DNA of 64,000 nt. It comes from Octopus bimaculoides (lineage: Eukaryota). The stretch lies in assembly GCF_001194135.2 (NCBI RefSeq), contig NC_068983.1:123603496-123667495 (forward strand), read 5' to 3'. How positions within the stretch are numbered: the first letter of the stretch is position 1; each line of letters starts with the position of its first letter. The position numbers were made by a program, and so were the translations under genes. Below the pieces are notes generated by a model. That model saw only the letters and a program-made list of their open reading frames with translations. It searched no databases and was not told the DNA's origin. Below are positions 36,890-50,899 of this stretch, piece by piece.

Positions 36890-38570
36890 ATCATCATTGT
36901 TTAATGTCGATTTTCCATGCTGGTATGGGGTGGACAGTTAGACTGAGGACTGGCAAGCCAGGAGGCTGCACCAGGCTCCAATCTGATCTGGCAAGGTTTC
37001 TACAGTTGGATGCCCTTCCTAACGCCAACTACTCTGAGAGTGTAGTGGGTGTTTTTTACGTGCCACCAGCACAAGGGCCAGTCAGACGGCACTGGCATCG
37101 ACCATGCTTGAATGGTGCTTTGGTGCTTTTTATGTGCCAGTCAGACAATACTGGCATCGGCCATGACAATGATTTCACTTGACTCAATAGGTCTTCTCAA
37201 GCACAGCATATTGCCTGACGATTGAAGGGTACTCTTAAATGGGCCAGTTATGCGACACTGGCATAGGCCACAGTTACGATCTCACTTGGCTTGCTGGGTC
37301 TTCTCAAGTACAGTATATCTCCAAAGGTCTCGGTCACTTGTCATTGCTTCTGTGAGGCCCAACATTTGAAGGTCATGCTTCACCACCTCATCCCAGGTCT
37401 TCCTCTTCCACAGGTTCCCTCCACTGTTAGGGTATGACACTTCTTCACACAGCTGTCTTCATCCATATATAACACATGACCATACCAGCACAGTTGTCTC
37501 TCTTGCACACCACTACTGATGCTTCTTATGCCCATCTTTTCTCTCAGGGCGCTTACACTCTGTTGTGTATGCACACTGACATTACACATCCAGCAGAGCA
37601 TACTAGCTTCATTTCTTTCAAGCCTACGCATGTCCTCAGCAGTCACAGTCCATGTTTCACTGCTGTGTAACATGGCTGTTCATACACATGCGTCATACAG
37701 ACTGCCTTTCACTCTGAGCGAGAGGCCCTTTGTTACCAGCAGAGGTAGGAGTTCTCTGAACTTTGCCCAGGCTATTCTTATTCTAGCAGCTACACTCTCA
37801 GAGCATCCACTCCCACTACTGACTTGGTCACCTAGGTAACAGAAGCTATCAACTACTAGTTTTTCTCCCTGGCATGTGATGGAAGCTGTTTTCTGCACAT
37901 TTTCAGTGTTTATTGCCACTGCATCTGCCACACACAAAAACTATCTTCCTCGTTAACCTTCCTTTGATATTGCTGCACTTCTTATGTGTCAATAGGTGTA
38001 GGTGTTTCTACCTACACCTTTTCTACAGAAGGGATCTGTGATTTGTCTACCTTCCTATTTACTAAGACTTTGGTTTTTGCTAGATTGACTCTAATGCCCT
38101 TCGATTCTAGACCTTGCTTCTACATCTGAAACTTCTCTAGTTCTGGTAGTGACTCAGCTATTAGGGCAAGGTCATCAGCATACAGGAGCTCACCTGGAGC
38201 AACCTGTCTTGAATTCCTCTGTTATTGCCTGGAGGACCATGATGAATAAGAGGGGGCTGAGGACTGATCCTTGGTGGACCCCCTACTCCTACCCGGAATT
38301 CTTCACTATACTCATTGCCAATCTTCACCTTACTGACAGCATCCCTGTACATTGCTTGTACAGCTCTCACTAACCACTCATTTGTCCCTAGTTTCCTAGA
38401 TAAGGAATCGGGGGACTACAAGATAAGGGATCGGGGGACACTGTCAAAGGCTTTCTCCATGTCAACAAAAGCCAAGACATATATATGTACTTGCAGGATC
38501 CAATAGAATCAAGATATTTTAATAATAAGGACATCAAGGTAGAGTCCAAGACAGCAGATCTGTGTATCAA
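36890..38570 (-). mobile_element. RTE LINE, RT C-terminal part and 3' UTR (degenerate)
   Basis: Minus-strand ORFs LLHSSETW..RLERNEASML.WMC..LCWYGHV and FCYLGD..ARIRIAWAKFRELLPLL; (CAT)n tail near 36890. Confidence 0.9.
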
Positions 38571-38587
38571 CAGTATAGATGGACTCT

Positions 38588-39790
38588 CATCATCATCATC
38601 ATCGTTTAACGTCCGCTTTCCATGCTAGCATGGGTTGGATGATTTGACTGAGGACTGGTGAAACCGGATGGTAACACCAGGCTCCAATCTAATTTGGCAG
38701 AGTTTCTACAGCTGGATGCCCTTCCTAACGCCAACCACTCAGAGAGTGTAGTGGGTGCTTTTACGTATCACCCGCATGAAAACGGTCACGCTCAAGATGG
38801 TACATCTTATGTGCCACCCGCACAAGAGCCAGTCCAGGGGCACTGGCAACAATCTCACTTGGCTTGCCGGGTCTTCTCACGCACAGCACATTTCCAAAGG
38901 TCTCGGTCAGTAGTCATCNNNNNNNNNNNNNNNNNNNNNNNNNNNNNNNNNNNNNNNNNNNNNNNNNNNNNNNNNNNNNNNNNNNNNNNNNNNNNNNNNN
39001 NNNNNNNNNNNNNNNNNNNNNNNNNNNNNNNNNNNNNNNNNNNNNNNNNNNNNNNNNNNNNNNNNNNNNNNNNNNNNNNNNNNNNNNNNNNNNNNNNNNN
39101 NNNNNNNNNNNNNNNNNNNNNNNNNNNNNNNNNNNNNNNNNNNNNNNNNNNNNNNNNNNNNNNNNNNNNNNNNNNNNNNNNNNNNNNNNNNNNNNNNNNN
39201 NNNNNNNNNNNNNNNNNNNNNNNNNNNNNNNNNNNNNNNNNNNNNNNNNNNNNNNNNNNNNNNNNNNNNNNNNNNNNNNNNNNNNNNNNNNNNNNNNNNN
39301 NNNNNNNNNNNNNNNNNNNNNNNNNNNNNNNNNNNNNNNNNNNNNNNNNNNNNNNNNNNNNNNNNNNNNNNNNNNNNNNNNNNNNNNNNNNNNNNNNNNN
39401 NNNNNNNNNNNNNNNNNNNNNNNNNNNNNNNNNNNNNNNNNNNNNNNTCAGCAGTCACAGCCCATGTTTTACTGCCATGTAGCATGGCTGTTCGTACACA
39501 TGCGTCATACAGTCTGCCTTTTACTCTGAGTGAGAGTCCGTTTGTCGCCAGCAGAGGTAAGAGCTCTCTAAACTTTGCTCAGGCTATTCTTATTCTAGCA
39601 GCTACACTTTCAGCGCACCCACCCCCACTACTAACTTGGTCACCCAGATAGCGGAAGCTATCGACTACCTCTAGTTTTTCTCCCTGGAATGAGATAGAAG
39701 TTGTTTCCTGTTTGTTTACAGTGTTTATTGCACCTGAACATCTGCCACATACAAAAACTAACTTCGTAGTTAATCTCATGTACATACTAA
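38588..39790 (-). mobile_element. RTE LINE fragment spanning an assembly gap
   Basis: (CAT)n tail at 38588; FRYLGDQVSSGGGCAESVAARIRIA at 39579-39785. Confidence 0.85.
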
Positions 39791-40597
39791 TCTATATACA
39801 GTCTTATCCTTTCACTTGTATAGAGTCTGGTGCAACCCCCTCAGCTTACCAGCCCTGGTCAAACCATCCAACCTATGCCAGCATGGACAATGGACATTAA
39901 ATGATGATACATTCAGATGGACAGACCAAATATACTCAACAATATAACTACCCATGTATATATAAAATCACACTCTAGCATACTCCAGTATGCAGTTCAT
40001 GATCCACTTTAAGCCCCAGATCCAGTGTAGGGAAGGCTCCATATGTGGTGTAGTGTAAATAATAACACAAAAGGGCTGGGGTTTCCTACAGCTGTTTCAC
40101 ATGAGTTTTTTTTTTATTGATGAACAAATCAATTACATCATGAAAAAAACTGTTTTCTTCAGGTGAATTAAAATTAAAATCCAAAATTCAACGTTTGGGA
40201 TTTTGCTCAGAAAGACTATAGAATGTATTTTGACTCTCTCATCACCATTACTGAGATTTGCAATTGATTTGATCATCAACAAAAAAAAATCATGTGAAAC
40301 AACTGTAGTAAACCTCAGCCCATTTGTGTTATTATTTATGCATATATATATTTATATCTATCATCATCAACCTTTAACATTTGTTTTCTCTGCTGGCATA
40401 GATTGAACAGTTTGGCCAGAGCTGACAAGCTGGAGAGCTGCATCAGGTACCAGTCTGATTTGGCTTAGTTTCTACAGCTGGATGCCCCTCCTAACACCAA
40501 TTGTGTGCTGGGTACTTTTAATGTAGCACTGGCATGAGTGCTTTTACGTGACACCGGCACAATTGCTTTTTATGTGACACCTGTTTTATATATCATC

Positions 40598-40860
40598 ATC
40601 ATCATCATCATCGTTTAACGTCTGCTTTCCATGCTAGCATGGGTTGGATGATTTAACTGAGGACTGGTGAACCAGATGGCTACAGCTGGATGCCCTTCCT
40701 AACGCAAACCACTCTGAGAGTGTAGTGGGTGCTTTTACGTGCCACCAGCACGGAGGCCAGTCAGGCGGTACTGGCAACGGCTACGCTCAAAATGGTTTAT
40801 TTTATGTGCCACCTGCACAGGAGCCAGTCCAGTGGCACTGGCAACGACCTCGCTCGAATG
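40598..40860 (-). mobile_element. RTE-derived short element (internally deleted)
   Basis: Same 3' end as 23606 and 38588. Confidence 0.8.
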
Positions 40861-40872
40861 TTGATGATGATG

Positions 40873-40969
<97 letters not shown>

Positions 40970-42493
40970 ACATATACAACATACACATATATAAATATGT
41001 GTTTGTGTTTGCAATTACTTCGTTGTTAGTGAAGTCCATAAAAATGGGGTAACTCTGAAGATGATGTCCACATCATCGTCATCATTTAACATCCATCTTC
41101 CTTCTGGCATGGATTGTATGGTTTGACAGGAGCTGGTAAGCCAGAGGATTGCACCAAGCTCCACTGTCTGTTTTGGAATGTATTTTTGTTTTACTGGTGG
41201 ATGCCCTTTCTGATGCCAGTCACTTTACAGAGTGGACTGGGTGCTTTTTAGGTGGCACCAACACCAGTAAGGCCTCCAAGTAACTCCCAAGACAAGGATC
41301 CTTCAACTAAGAAGGGGAGTGGTTTCATGCCAGGTGATGAGAAGCTAGAGTTTGACAGTGGGAAATAGTGGGAGTTAAGGAAACAGAGAGCCAAGAAATG
41401 TGAGAGAGGGGGAGTGAGAAAAAGGAAGAAAAATGAGAGGAGGAATAAAAGATAGAGTAAGAGTCATACAAAATTTAGATACATACCTACTATAAGGTGA
41501 GCACAAGGGTGTACATACACCACTATATATATAAATGGAGCAAAAGCACAATAGAGGACATTAAAACATTCGGACAGATAGACGATACAAAGGGGGACAT
41601 GAGAAACAACAATTAGAAGGACAGGCGAAAAAAGATGGGTCATTCGTGGCTTTCTTTCCTCAGTCAAGTTCCAGAAGTCACGACCATTTCCGGCAGTTAC
41701 ACTTGAGATGGTTCAATCTGGTTGCCCCCCCAAAAAGTCTAAGCTAACGCACTAGAAAGCTAGCGAATATACAAGTTCAGGGAGTGAAGCAGGTAAAATT
41801 CAGGCTATGTATGTTTCTTAACTAGCAGACTGTTTGATGTAGTTGTTTGTAAATAGTGAATAGTGAATGTCCCCAAGCAATCTTCGGGTTCTGAGCACAG
41901 GGCCTATACAAGTTACAGATATATATCCAAGAAAGTTACGGGTTGTGAATCCAACCCACTAAGGGATAATATCTATCCAATATACTGCTAGAAGAATACC
42001 CAATTATTATTACACTAGTGTTTTTTCATTGCATGACAATTACATTACCAAGTGCAATAAATGAGTAAGGGTAAAAAGTTATTTTACCATTATGTAAATT
42101 GACATAATATAATGTCTATAAGTTGATGAATACCACCTATTAATCCCCTCCATTTTCTTATTGTTATATATATATATATCATCATCATCATCAGTCCATT
42201 TTCCATGCTGGCATCGGATGGATGGTCTGCTGAAGAGCTGCCCAGGCTCCATGTCTGTTTTGGCATGGTTTCTACGGCTTGATGCCCTTCCTAATGCCAA
42301 CCACTTTACAGAGTGTACTGGGTGCTTTTAGACGACACCAGCACAAGTGCATTTATGTGGCACCAATACAGATGCTTTTTACGTGAAACCAGCATCCACG
42401 AGCCCACAGGATTAGGAATGCTCAGCTGGAGAGGGATGCAAGGGACAAGCTTGTATGCAAAGACATCCACGCTTTTACTTAGCTATATATAGG

Positions 42494-42858
42494 CTGTGTG
42501 GTAAGAAGCTTGCTTCCCAACCACATGGTTCTAGTTCAGTCCCACTACATGGCACCACAAGCAAGTATCTTTTACTATAGCCTCAGGCCAACCAATGCCT
42601 CGTGTGAGGATTTGGCCGACGGAAACTGAAAGATGCGTGTAATTTTCATATGTGTATGTGTGTCTGTTTTTGTACCCCACTACCTCTTGATAATTGGTGT
42701 TAGTGTGTTTAGATCCCCATAACTTAGCAGTTCAGAAACAGAGACCAATAGAATAAGAACCAGGCTTTAAAAAATGAGAAATAAGTATAGGGGCTGATTC
42801 ATTCGACTTAAAATTCCCCAGCATGCCCACAGTCTAATGACTGAAACAAGTAAAAGAT
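42494..42858 (+). mobile_element. tRNA-derived SINE
   Basis: GCTGTGTGGTAAGAAGCTTGCTTCCCAACCACATGGTT head and GACTGAAACAAGTAAAAGA tail. Confidence 0.8.
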
Positions 42859-45159
42859 ATAATATATATATAGAATAGAGTAGGAAAGATCCAGGCTACA
42901 TATGTTTTCATAGTGAGTGAAACCTTGGAAGTGGTAAAAATCCAAGTGAGGTGTATACCGCTGGCTACTCTTCAGGCCAAGGATATATTCTGATTGAATC
43001 TTCCTTGCAGCAATGTAACCACATACAGGCTCTGTCGTTGGTCTGTCTCAGTAATAATTTTGTTGTTATTTAGCCTCAAATCAACCCTGATACAGCAAAC
43101 CTATCATCAAAGACATTCCTGCCTTCAGCAAACCATCTTTTTAGGGATAATCTATGACATTACGTCCAATGGGTGTGGGATTTAGGTAGGGGGGATACTT
43201 TGGCTGCTATTTTTAGCGTGTCGAGCGACCAAGTAGAGGCTCTTTCATTGGTTTGAACCTGGAAGTTGTTCGCAAACAGCAGCAGTAATTTTCTTCAGCC
43301 GAATACACGTCATTGATTGGTTAAAATTACCCAAATACGACAACTTTAACATGAAATAACTTCTAAAATACAAATTTTGTCAAAAACGTTAAGAGACACA
43401 TTGTACCAGTATCCATAGTTTCAAAGTGTTTAGTTAAAAAAGATAATAATTAAAAAATCTGTCCACCAAATGGAATAGATCCCTTTGGATTCTGTAGAAT
43501 GTTCATGTGAAAGCCATCAACACTGCCATGGAAAGTTTTTTATCTTTTCTTTTACATTCAGTCATTAGACTACGGCCATTCTTGGGCACCGCCCTGAGGA
43601 ATTTTTTGTCGAATGAATCAAATCCCAGGACTTATTTTTCTTTTTAACCCTGGTACTTATTCTACCAGTGTCTTTTGCTGAACCGCTAAGTTAATGGGAC
43701 GTAAACACACCCACAACAGTTGTCAACCTGTGGTGGGTGACAAACACACACATGTGTATGTATGTATGTATGTATATATATATATATATATACGACAGAC
43801 TTCTTTCAGTTTCATTCTACCAAATCCACTCAAGACTTTGGTCGACCGTCCATGAGATGAATACAGTGAACAGACAGGATTGCGAGAATAATATCCAAAT
43901 GGTTACGAATTGTATGACTACAATATACACACACATCTATATGTACAATTAAAAACGGTGAGGACCTAGATACATCAACAATAATATTTCTGTTCGCTGA
44001 TAACATAATGTCCTATCCATCCATCCATCCAGTTGAACGACTTGCCCTGACCAATTCAACTCTGCCATGTCGATATCCTGATCAAAAACGAACTCAATCC
44101 TATGGTGTTACAAAGGTAATGTCAACATTTTGGGTGACTTAAACGTAGATACAATCAGAATCTAAAGCGAAGTTTCCTGTTTAACGCGCCTGATGAGTTA
44201 ATAATTAACAGTGAGTGTGTTCTTTTGAATAATTTCTTGTTTAAATGCCTTTGATGACATTAATTTTAGATTCTGATAGTAACTATGTTTAAATCACACA
44301 AGGTGTTGGACATTACCTTTGTACCATCATGGGACTGAGTTCGTTTACTGTATATACATTGTTTCTATAAATAAAAACAAATATATATGTATTTCATGAC
44401 ACAAATTATATTTTATCAATTGTCTATCCTCTAGGAAAACATTTCGTTTTATTTATTTCCTAGCTTTCACATCCTGTTTGCGGTGAAATATTTTATAATG
44501 TAATCCAATCATCCCTTCACCACTCACATGTTTGTGAGTATGTGTAACTTATCTATACGGAGCTTGAACATTCCTCATTAAGTTGTTTGTTGGTGGTGAC
44601 CCTTGAATCTATCACATGTTGCACGAGATAGTGTGTAAAGTCTTTATCTCCCACCGCTATTATCTAATTCTCCACCCTGAGAGGTGTCCTGTATAAAATT
44701 TGTTCAGATATTTAATCCTGGACTAACGATGGCTAAAATCTATCGAAGTTACTCAGTCATGACTATTTATAGCTTGTTATGAATTCGTTTGGTTTATTTT
44801 TCGTTAATTTCATCTGATGCTGGCAAAGATATTTACCAGTTGTTATGTTGCATACACATTAACTTAACACAGTAAGTTTGGATTTGAGTTTCTGTTTTTT
44901 GTGTGTTTTCGACTAATATTAGGTTTTTCATTTGTACATCATATTTAGTTTTACGTATAACTAACTACTGATTGTCGTATTTCATTACTCCACTACTTTG
45001 TCAAATGCGTGGACCAGATTTTGACATCTAACCTACGAACCAGCAACTAGGAGAGAAATTAACAGCAACCAAAACAAAAGAGTATTCAAACTGCTTCAAG
45101 TCCTTGACATGAAATTACTGCCTATATGATACAATGAGTTATATATATATATATATATA

Positions 45160-45480
45160 TAGCTGTGTGGTAAGGAGCCTGCTTACCAACCACATGGTTC
45201 CAGGTTCAGTCTTCTTCTATAGCTTTGGGCCGACCAAAGCCTTGTGAGTAGACGGAAACTGAAAGAAGTCCGTCATATATATACATATATGTATGTATAT
45301 GTTTGTGTGTCTGTGTTTGTCACTTGACAACCGATGCTGGTGTGTTTACGTCCCCCGGTTCGGCAAAAGAGACCGATAGAATAAGTACTAGGCTTACAAA
45401 GAATAAGTCCTGGGGTCGATGTGCTCGACTAAAGGCGGTGCTCCAGCATGGCCGCAGTCATGAGTGAAACAAACAAAAGA
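45160..45480 (+). mobile_element. tRNA-derived SINE (internally deleted)
   Basis: Same head, body and tail as the copies at 13604 and 42494. Confidence 0.8.
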
Positions 45481-45574
45481 AAACGTATATATCTACATAC
45501 ATATACACTGACATATGTATGTGTGTATGTATATATATATATACATACTGGACTTATTCTTTGTAAGCCTAATA

Positions 45575-45830
45575 TGCTGAAAAGTTCCTGGCTTTGGGTG
45601 AAAGAAAATACGGTAAATTTTCAGATTAACACCCGCACGATTTTCACTAGGGTGTTTAGGTTAGGGTTAGGGACGGAATTCCCACCCTAACACCCCAGTA
45701 AAAATTGTGCGGGTGTTAATCTGAAAATTCACCGAAAATACAAGAGGATCAGTTAATTATGATTTTATTCAACATATACCCCTCTCAGATTCGCACACTT
45801 ATTGCAGCAGTACTTCAGAAAGAACTTCGA
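45575..45830. mobile_element. Partial mariner-like MITE interrupted by a Merlin-like MITE
   Basis: TGCTGAAAAGTTCCTGGCTTT..GATTTTATTCAACATA..CACTTATTGCAGCAG matches the uninterrupted copies at 53020-53215 and 56072-56294. Confidence 0.7.
45612..45733. mobile_element. Merlin-like MITE containing TTAGGG repeats (second copy)
   Basis: TIR GGT(A/G)AATTTTCAGATTAACACCCGCAC; exact 8-bp TSD GAAAATAC at 45604-45611 and 45734-45741. Confidence 0.8.
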
Positions 45831-46658
45831 TTAACCAAGATGATAACCCAAATAAACACCCACCGATGTAGGGACTGTTTATCAACTAATTACTTGGATA
45901 ATCTGTTTGACATGCGTTTTTCAACTCGTGTTGAAGAAAGCCTGTGTTTTCGTAGTTACAAAAACATAGTTTATTTTCCTATAATCTCTTTAAAAAGAAA
46001 TAACAAATTTATTTCAATATCGCCTTTCCACGCAGACTAGGAAATGCCTTCTAAATGAAATATTAAGACTATGAAAGAAACAACTTCGGAAACTACTTAA
46101 AGGGAGAACTTTAGTAATTCCATTGGTTAAGTTGAAGTGACTTGGTCGGGGTTTGAAATCAGACGGTAAAGGGAGATAACCAGTATCATAACTGGTCCGA
46201 TACTCAACCGATTCTGCTACCCACCTGTCATTGTTTGAAAGGTTCCTAGGATTCGAACATACTTTCTCTGTGTGTGCGTGCGCGCGCGCGCGTTTATTTA
46301 TATTCGGTATTCTTTCGTTTTTTGATTACAAAGGGAAATTGAAGTGATGGGGAAAATTATCGCAAGCAATCTGCATTAAGCATCAATGAAATGAAAGTGA
46401 ACTGTGATCATTACTTACTGTATTCCTTTTACTTGTTTCAGTCTTTGGATTGTGGCCATACTGAGGTACTGCCCTCGAAGGATTTAGTCGAACAAATCGA
46501 CCCCAGTACTTGTTTTTTTTGTTTTTTTAATTTAGTACTTATTCTATCCGTCCCCGTTTTACGAACCTCTAGGCTATGGGGACGTAAACAATCCAACATC
46601 AGTTGTCTAAAAGTAGTGAAAGATAAACACAGAGACGGATGTATACATATATTATATA

Positions 46659-46874
46659 CAGGATGTTCAAATAGTCTCTCCGCAGTGAATTTTTTCATCC
46701 TACGCATCACCATGGCACTACTTCAAGAGTTTTTCGGTGAACAGATTATTTCCAAAGGACTTTGGCCACCAAGATCACTGCCAGACTTTTTTCTTGGGGA
46801 GCAAGTAAAGGACTAGTGTACAAGAATCGCCCGAAAACCATTAAATACTGCGGGGAGACTTTGTGAACACCCTG
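46659..46874 (+). mobile_element. Tc1/mariner deletion derivative
   Basis: TA TSD; TIR CAGGATGTTCAAATAGTCTCTCCGCAGT / ACTGCGGGGAGACTTTGTGAACACCCTG; internal peptide LWPPRSLPDFF resembles the WPPRSPDL transposase motif. Confidence 0.8.
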
Positions 46875-47331
46875 TATACACACACACACAACAGGCTTCT
46901 TTCAGTTTCTGTCTTCTAAATCCATTCACAAAGCTTTGGTTGGCCCAAGTCTGTTATGGAAGATACTTGCCCAAGGTGCCGTACAGTAGGACTGAATGCA
47001 AGACCACACGATTGTATAGCAATCTATATAAGTATTTAGTCCAAGCGATATGTTATGAAAAAACTGAATAATTGTTTATAGCAGACAATTCATTATGATA
47101 TAAAAATGATCGCTTGGATGATTTATTATCAAAATAAGCAAAAGTATTTAGTTTGTAAAGTAATAATGTCTAACACAATCAAAAACTGCATGAATGTGTT
47201 GTTTTCATGGTTTTTCTTCCAGCAAAATTCTTGTAGATTTGTTGGAAACAGAACATCTGATGTCCCATGCATGGTGCGATGTCACTCTTTCTTTGTCCTG
47301 CATGATTCTAATTCATTCAACCATTTGCATA

Positions 47332-47373
<42 letters not shown>

Positions 47374-48026
47374 GAGAGAGAGAGATATAGATATAACTAA
47401 TGAAAGAGTGTCCGATTATCAATTATGGACAAAAATTTATGGAGATGACCAAATTCTGTTTATCAATTCCACTTTCACTTTGTGATCCTAAAAGAAAAGA
47501 ATACCATTATCTACATAGTGTATGTGTATCTGAGTTATAGCTTGTTAAAAGTGTAAGTGTAGCTGTGTGGTATGAAGTTTGCTTCCAAACTACAAAGTTT
47601 TGGGTTCAGTCCCTTCTACTTTAATTCTAGGCTGACCAAAGCCTTGTGAGTGGATTTGGTTGATGAAAACTGAAAGAAACCTATCGTGTGTGTGTGTGTT
47701 ACTATGTCCTTGCCTTCACATCGCATGATAATTGTAAACGAGTGTCACCATCATGCAAGTGTTGTCCTTCATTTCTAGTCTACCATGAAAAATGTCTGGC
47801 CATGGAGAGATACTACATTGTTTGAAAACAGGTGGAGGTTGGTAACAGGAAGAGCATTCAGCTGTAGAAAATCTGCCTTTTATGACATGTAGAAATGTTT
47901 CTTTTTTTGTTTTGCTTTTTTTGTTTGTTAATTCCTTCTAACTACCATAAATTAAATGTTGATTTAAAATTATGCACAAGTCATTAAATTTAGCAGCAAT
48001 ATTTTTTAGTGAATATCTCAGTTTGG

Positions 48027-48969
48027 TATATTCATGCCATTCCAGTGACATAAATATAAATCCACTGATGTGCAGTTTGATTTCCTTGGCAGTCAAATTA
48101 TCTGCTGACTAACCTTCTCTTATGTTAACCTATGGCATCATTATCTGTACCAATCAACTGTCACAATAATCTGTTTATCAACCTAGGCTTAGTGGTACCC
48201 ACAGATGTTCCTGTGTCATCACCTTGCAGATCAATCAATAACTTAGACTGGATGTTGCATTAGCAAGTATTGCTAAGTCATTTAAATCAAGGAAGTGACT
48301 GGCAGCACTGGTCAAACAGTCCAACCTATACCAGATGGAAAACAGACCTATGATGATTATGATGATGTACCTCATGTAAGTCTAGCTGAATGAAGAGGTC
48401 TGTTGGTTCCTGTTGTTGCAACAGATATCAAAAGTAATATGAGCTGTTGTTAAAGTGCAGTCCAGTGAGTTTGTAGTAGTTCTTGATTTAGCTTGGTCAG
48501 CTGGAAGCATGATTGTGAAGCTGGTGGTGAGAAATTGAAGTAAACATGCTGAACCCATGTTTGTTCTGCTACAGCTGATATGAGTTGCCTGGTAAAAATC
48601 TGTAATGTAATTTGGTGCATCGTAGGTGGTCTACAATGGCTGTTATGAGACAATCAGCAATCTAGCCACTAGAGAACAGCTCTATTTTTGTTGCAGCCAA
48701 CTGCCAGCCACTTCCTTGATTAGTAATACTTACTAATACAACATCCAATCTAAGTTATTGATTGGTCTGCAAGGTGATGACACAGGAACATCTGTGGGTA
48801 CCACTAAGTCTAGGTTGATAAACAGATTATTGTGACAGTTGATTGGTACAGATAATGATGCCATAGGTTAACGTAAGTGAAAGTCAGTCAGCAGATAATT
48901 TGACTGCCAAGGAAATCAAACTGCACATTAGTGGATTTATATTTATGTCAATGGAATGCTATGAATATA
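48027..48969. repeat. Inverted repeat with arms of about 270 bp and a 395-bp spacer
   Basis: Arm 48027-48305 is the reverse complement of 48701-48969, with scattered substitutions and one indel of roughly 10 nt. Confidence 0.95.
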
Positions 48970-49169
48970 ACAGGCTCCAGTCTGATTAGGCATTGTGTCT
49001 ATGACTGAATGCCCTTCCTAACGCCAACCACATTACAGAGTGTACTGGGTGCTTTTACATGGCACCAGCACCAGTGCTTTTTATGTGGCACTCATACAGG
49101 ACTCTTGCAGGCCAATCCTCTTCACCAGGGAGAGTGGCCTTAATACTTCTGCAGCTGAGTACAGGTCTT

Positions 49170-49560
49170 CTTGAGTACAGCAAGGCACCAGGTATCTCAG
49201 TCCTTTGTCATCTCATCTGAAGGGTTCAGTGACCTGAGGTTATTCTTCAGTCCTTCATCCCATGTGTTCCTGGGTTTCCCTCTTCTATGTGTTCCATCTA
49301 CCTTGAGAGATCGGTTCTTCTTTATGGAGCTGTCACCATCCATCTGCATCACATGACCAAACCAGCATAGTCCTCTCTCTTGCACACTGCATCTAATTCC
49401 TCTTATGCCTAACTTCTCTCTCAATACACTAGCTCTCTGTCAAACATGTACACTTACATTACACATCCAACAGAGCGTACTAGCTTCATTCCTCTCTAAC
49501 CTTTGCATGTCCTCTGCAGTCAGGGTTATGTCTCACTACCATGTCTCACTGCGTGATCTT
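49170..49560 (-). mobile_element. RTE LINE 3' RT fragment
   Basis: ORF 49197-49424 reads LREKLGIRGIRCSVQERGLCWFGHV..G.RRGKPRNTW. Confidence 0.8.
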
Positions 49561-50899
49561 AAGCTGAATAAATACATAAAGCAGCAACTCGTTTTCATGC
49601 ACACACACAAAACCACCCAAAAATACACACACGCACATATGCACAATTCTCTCAGTGCATTTGGTACAGTGTTTGATGATCAAACACAGACATTATAGGT
49701 TCAAATAGATCCCTTAGTTTTGTCTTGTCAAAGACTTGGTCACACTTTTAGAGCTAATACATTAATAAAATGCATCCAGTACACTCCTAAAGTGGTGGGG
49801 TATTAAGACATCCACACCAAAAGAAAATGTACAAGTGAGACATGGTCTCCTGCCTACACTTAAGAGGGCAATAACCCCAAACAGGACTTGACTTGCAATA
49901 TGACAACTTGCCTGACCCATACTCTCCCAGATATGGTCAGGAAACCAATTCTCAATTGTTCATTTTCTTTTTCTGTAGTTTTTACAGCTAGAGGCCCTTT
50001 CTACTTCACAGAATGTACTGGGTACATGTTATTGTGGCATCAGCACTAGTGAGATTGACTTGTACACAACTATACAAAAGGGAGTCCTCACTGCTCTGTA
50101 TTGTCTCTCGTCGTAGTAATGTGACTTATAGAGTAGGTAGATAAGAGGGTGATCACAGAAAATGAACTAGGATGAAAGAGGGAGAAAAAAAGAGTGGATA
50201 TGAATGGGAAAAGTGAGTAGTTGAAATGAAACTGTGAAAAGGAGAGAAAAATTGGAATGACAATGCTCGAGAAGCAATGAAGTAGAAGTAATGCAGTAGA
50301 AACAGAGAATAATGAGAAAAGCAATAATCCTTTCTACTATAGTTACAAGGCCAACAATTTCAGAGGAGGGTTAAGTTGATTACATTGACACCAGTCTGGT
50401 TCTTATTATATCAACCCTGAAAGGATGGAAAGCAAAGTCAACCTTAGCAGCATTTGAACTCAGAATGTAAGGACAGACAATGTGCCACGAAGTATTTTGT
50501 CTGGTATGCTAATGATTCTGCCAGCTCACTGCCTTATTGAAAGAAGCAATAATAGTGTAATGTGAGAGACAGAAAGTGAGTGATGGATGATTGTAGAAAT
50601 ACTGTTAGGAGAATGTGATTTATATCAGTAATAGGTTGCCTGGAAGAGAAGTATAGGCTATCAGTATAGAAGGGGTGTTAGTGTTAGCTTGAAAAGGAGA
50701 GTATGACTGGCTCATTGAGAGCAAAAAAGAGTGATGGCAAGCAACGCAAGAAGGTAACTGAGGAAGTGAATCAGATGCTAAAGATTTAATGCAAATTCTT
50801 GTTATTCAGGCATTGTGATGAGAGAGAGACACTGTTAGTAGCAACATATTTGTAAGTAAGGACAAGAGGTTAAGTGGTGGATCATCATAGAAATGGTTA

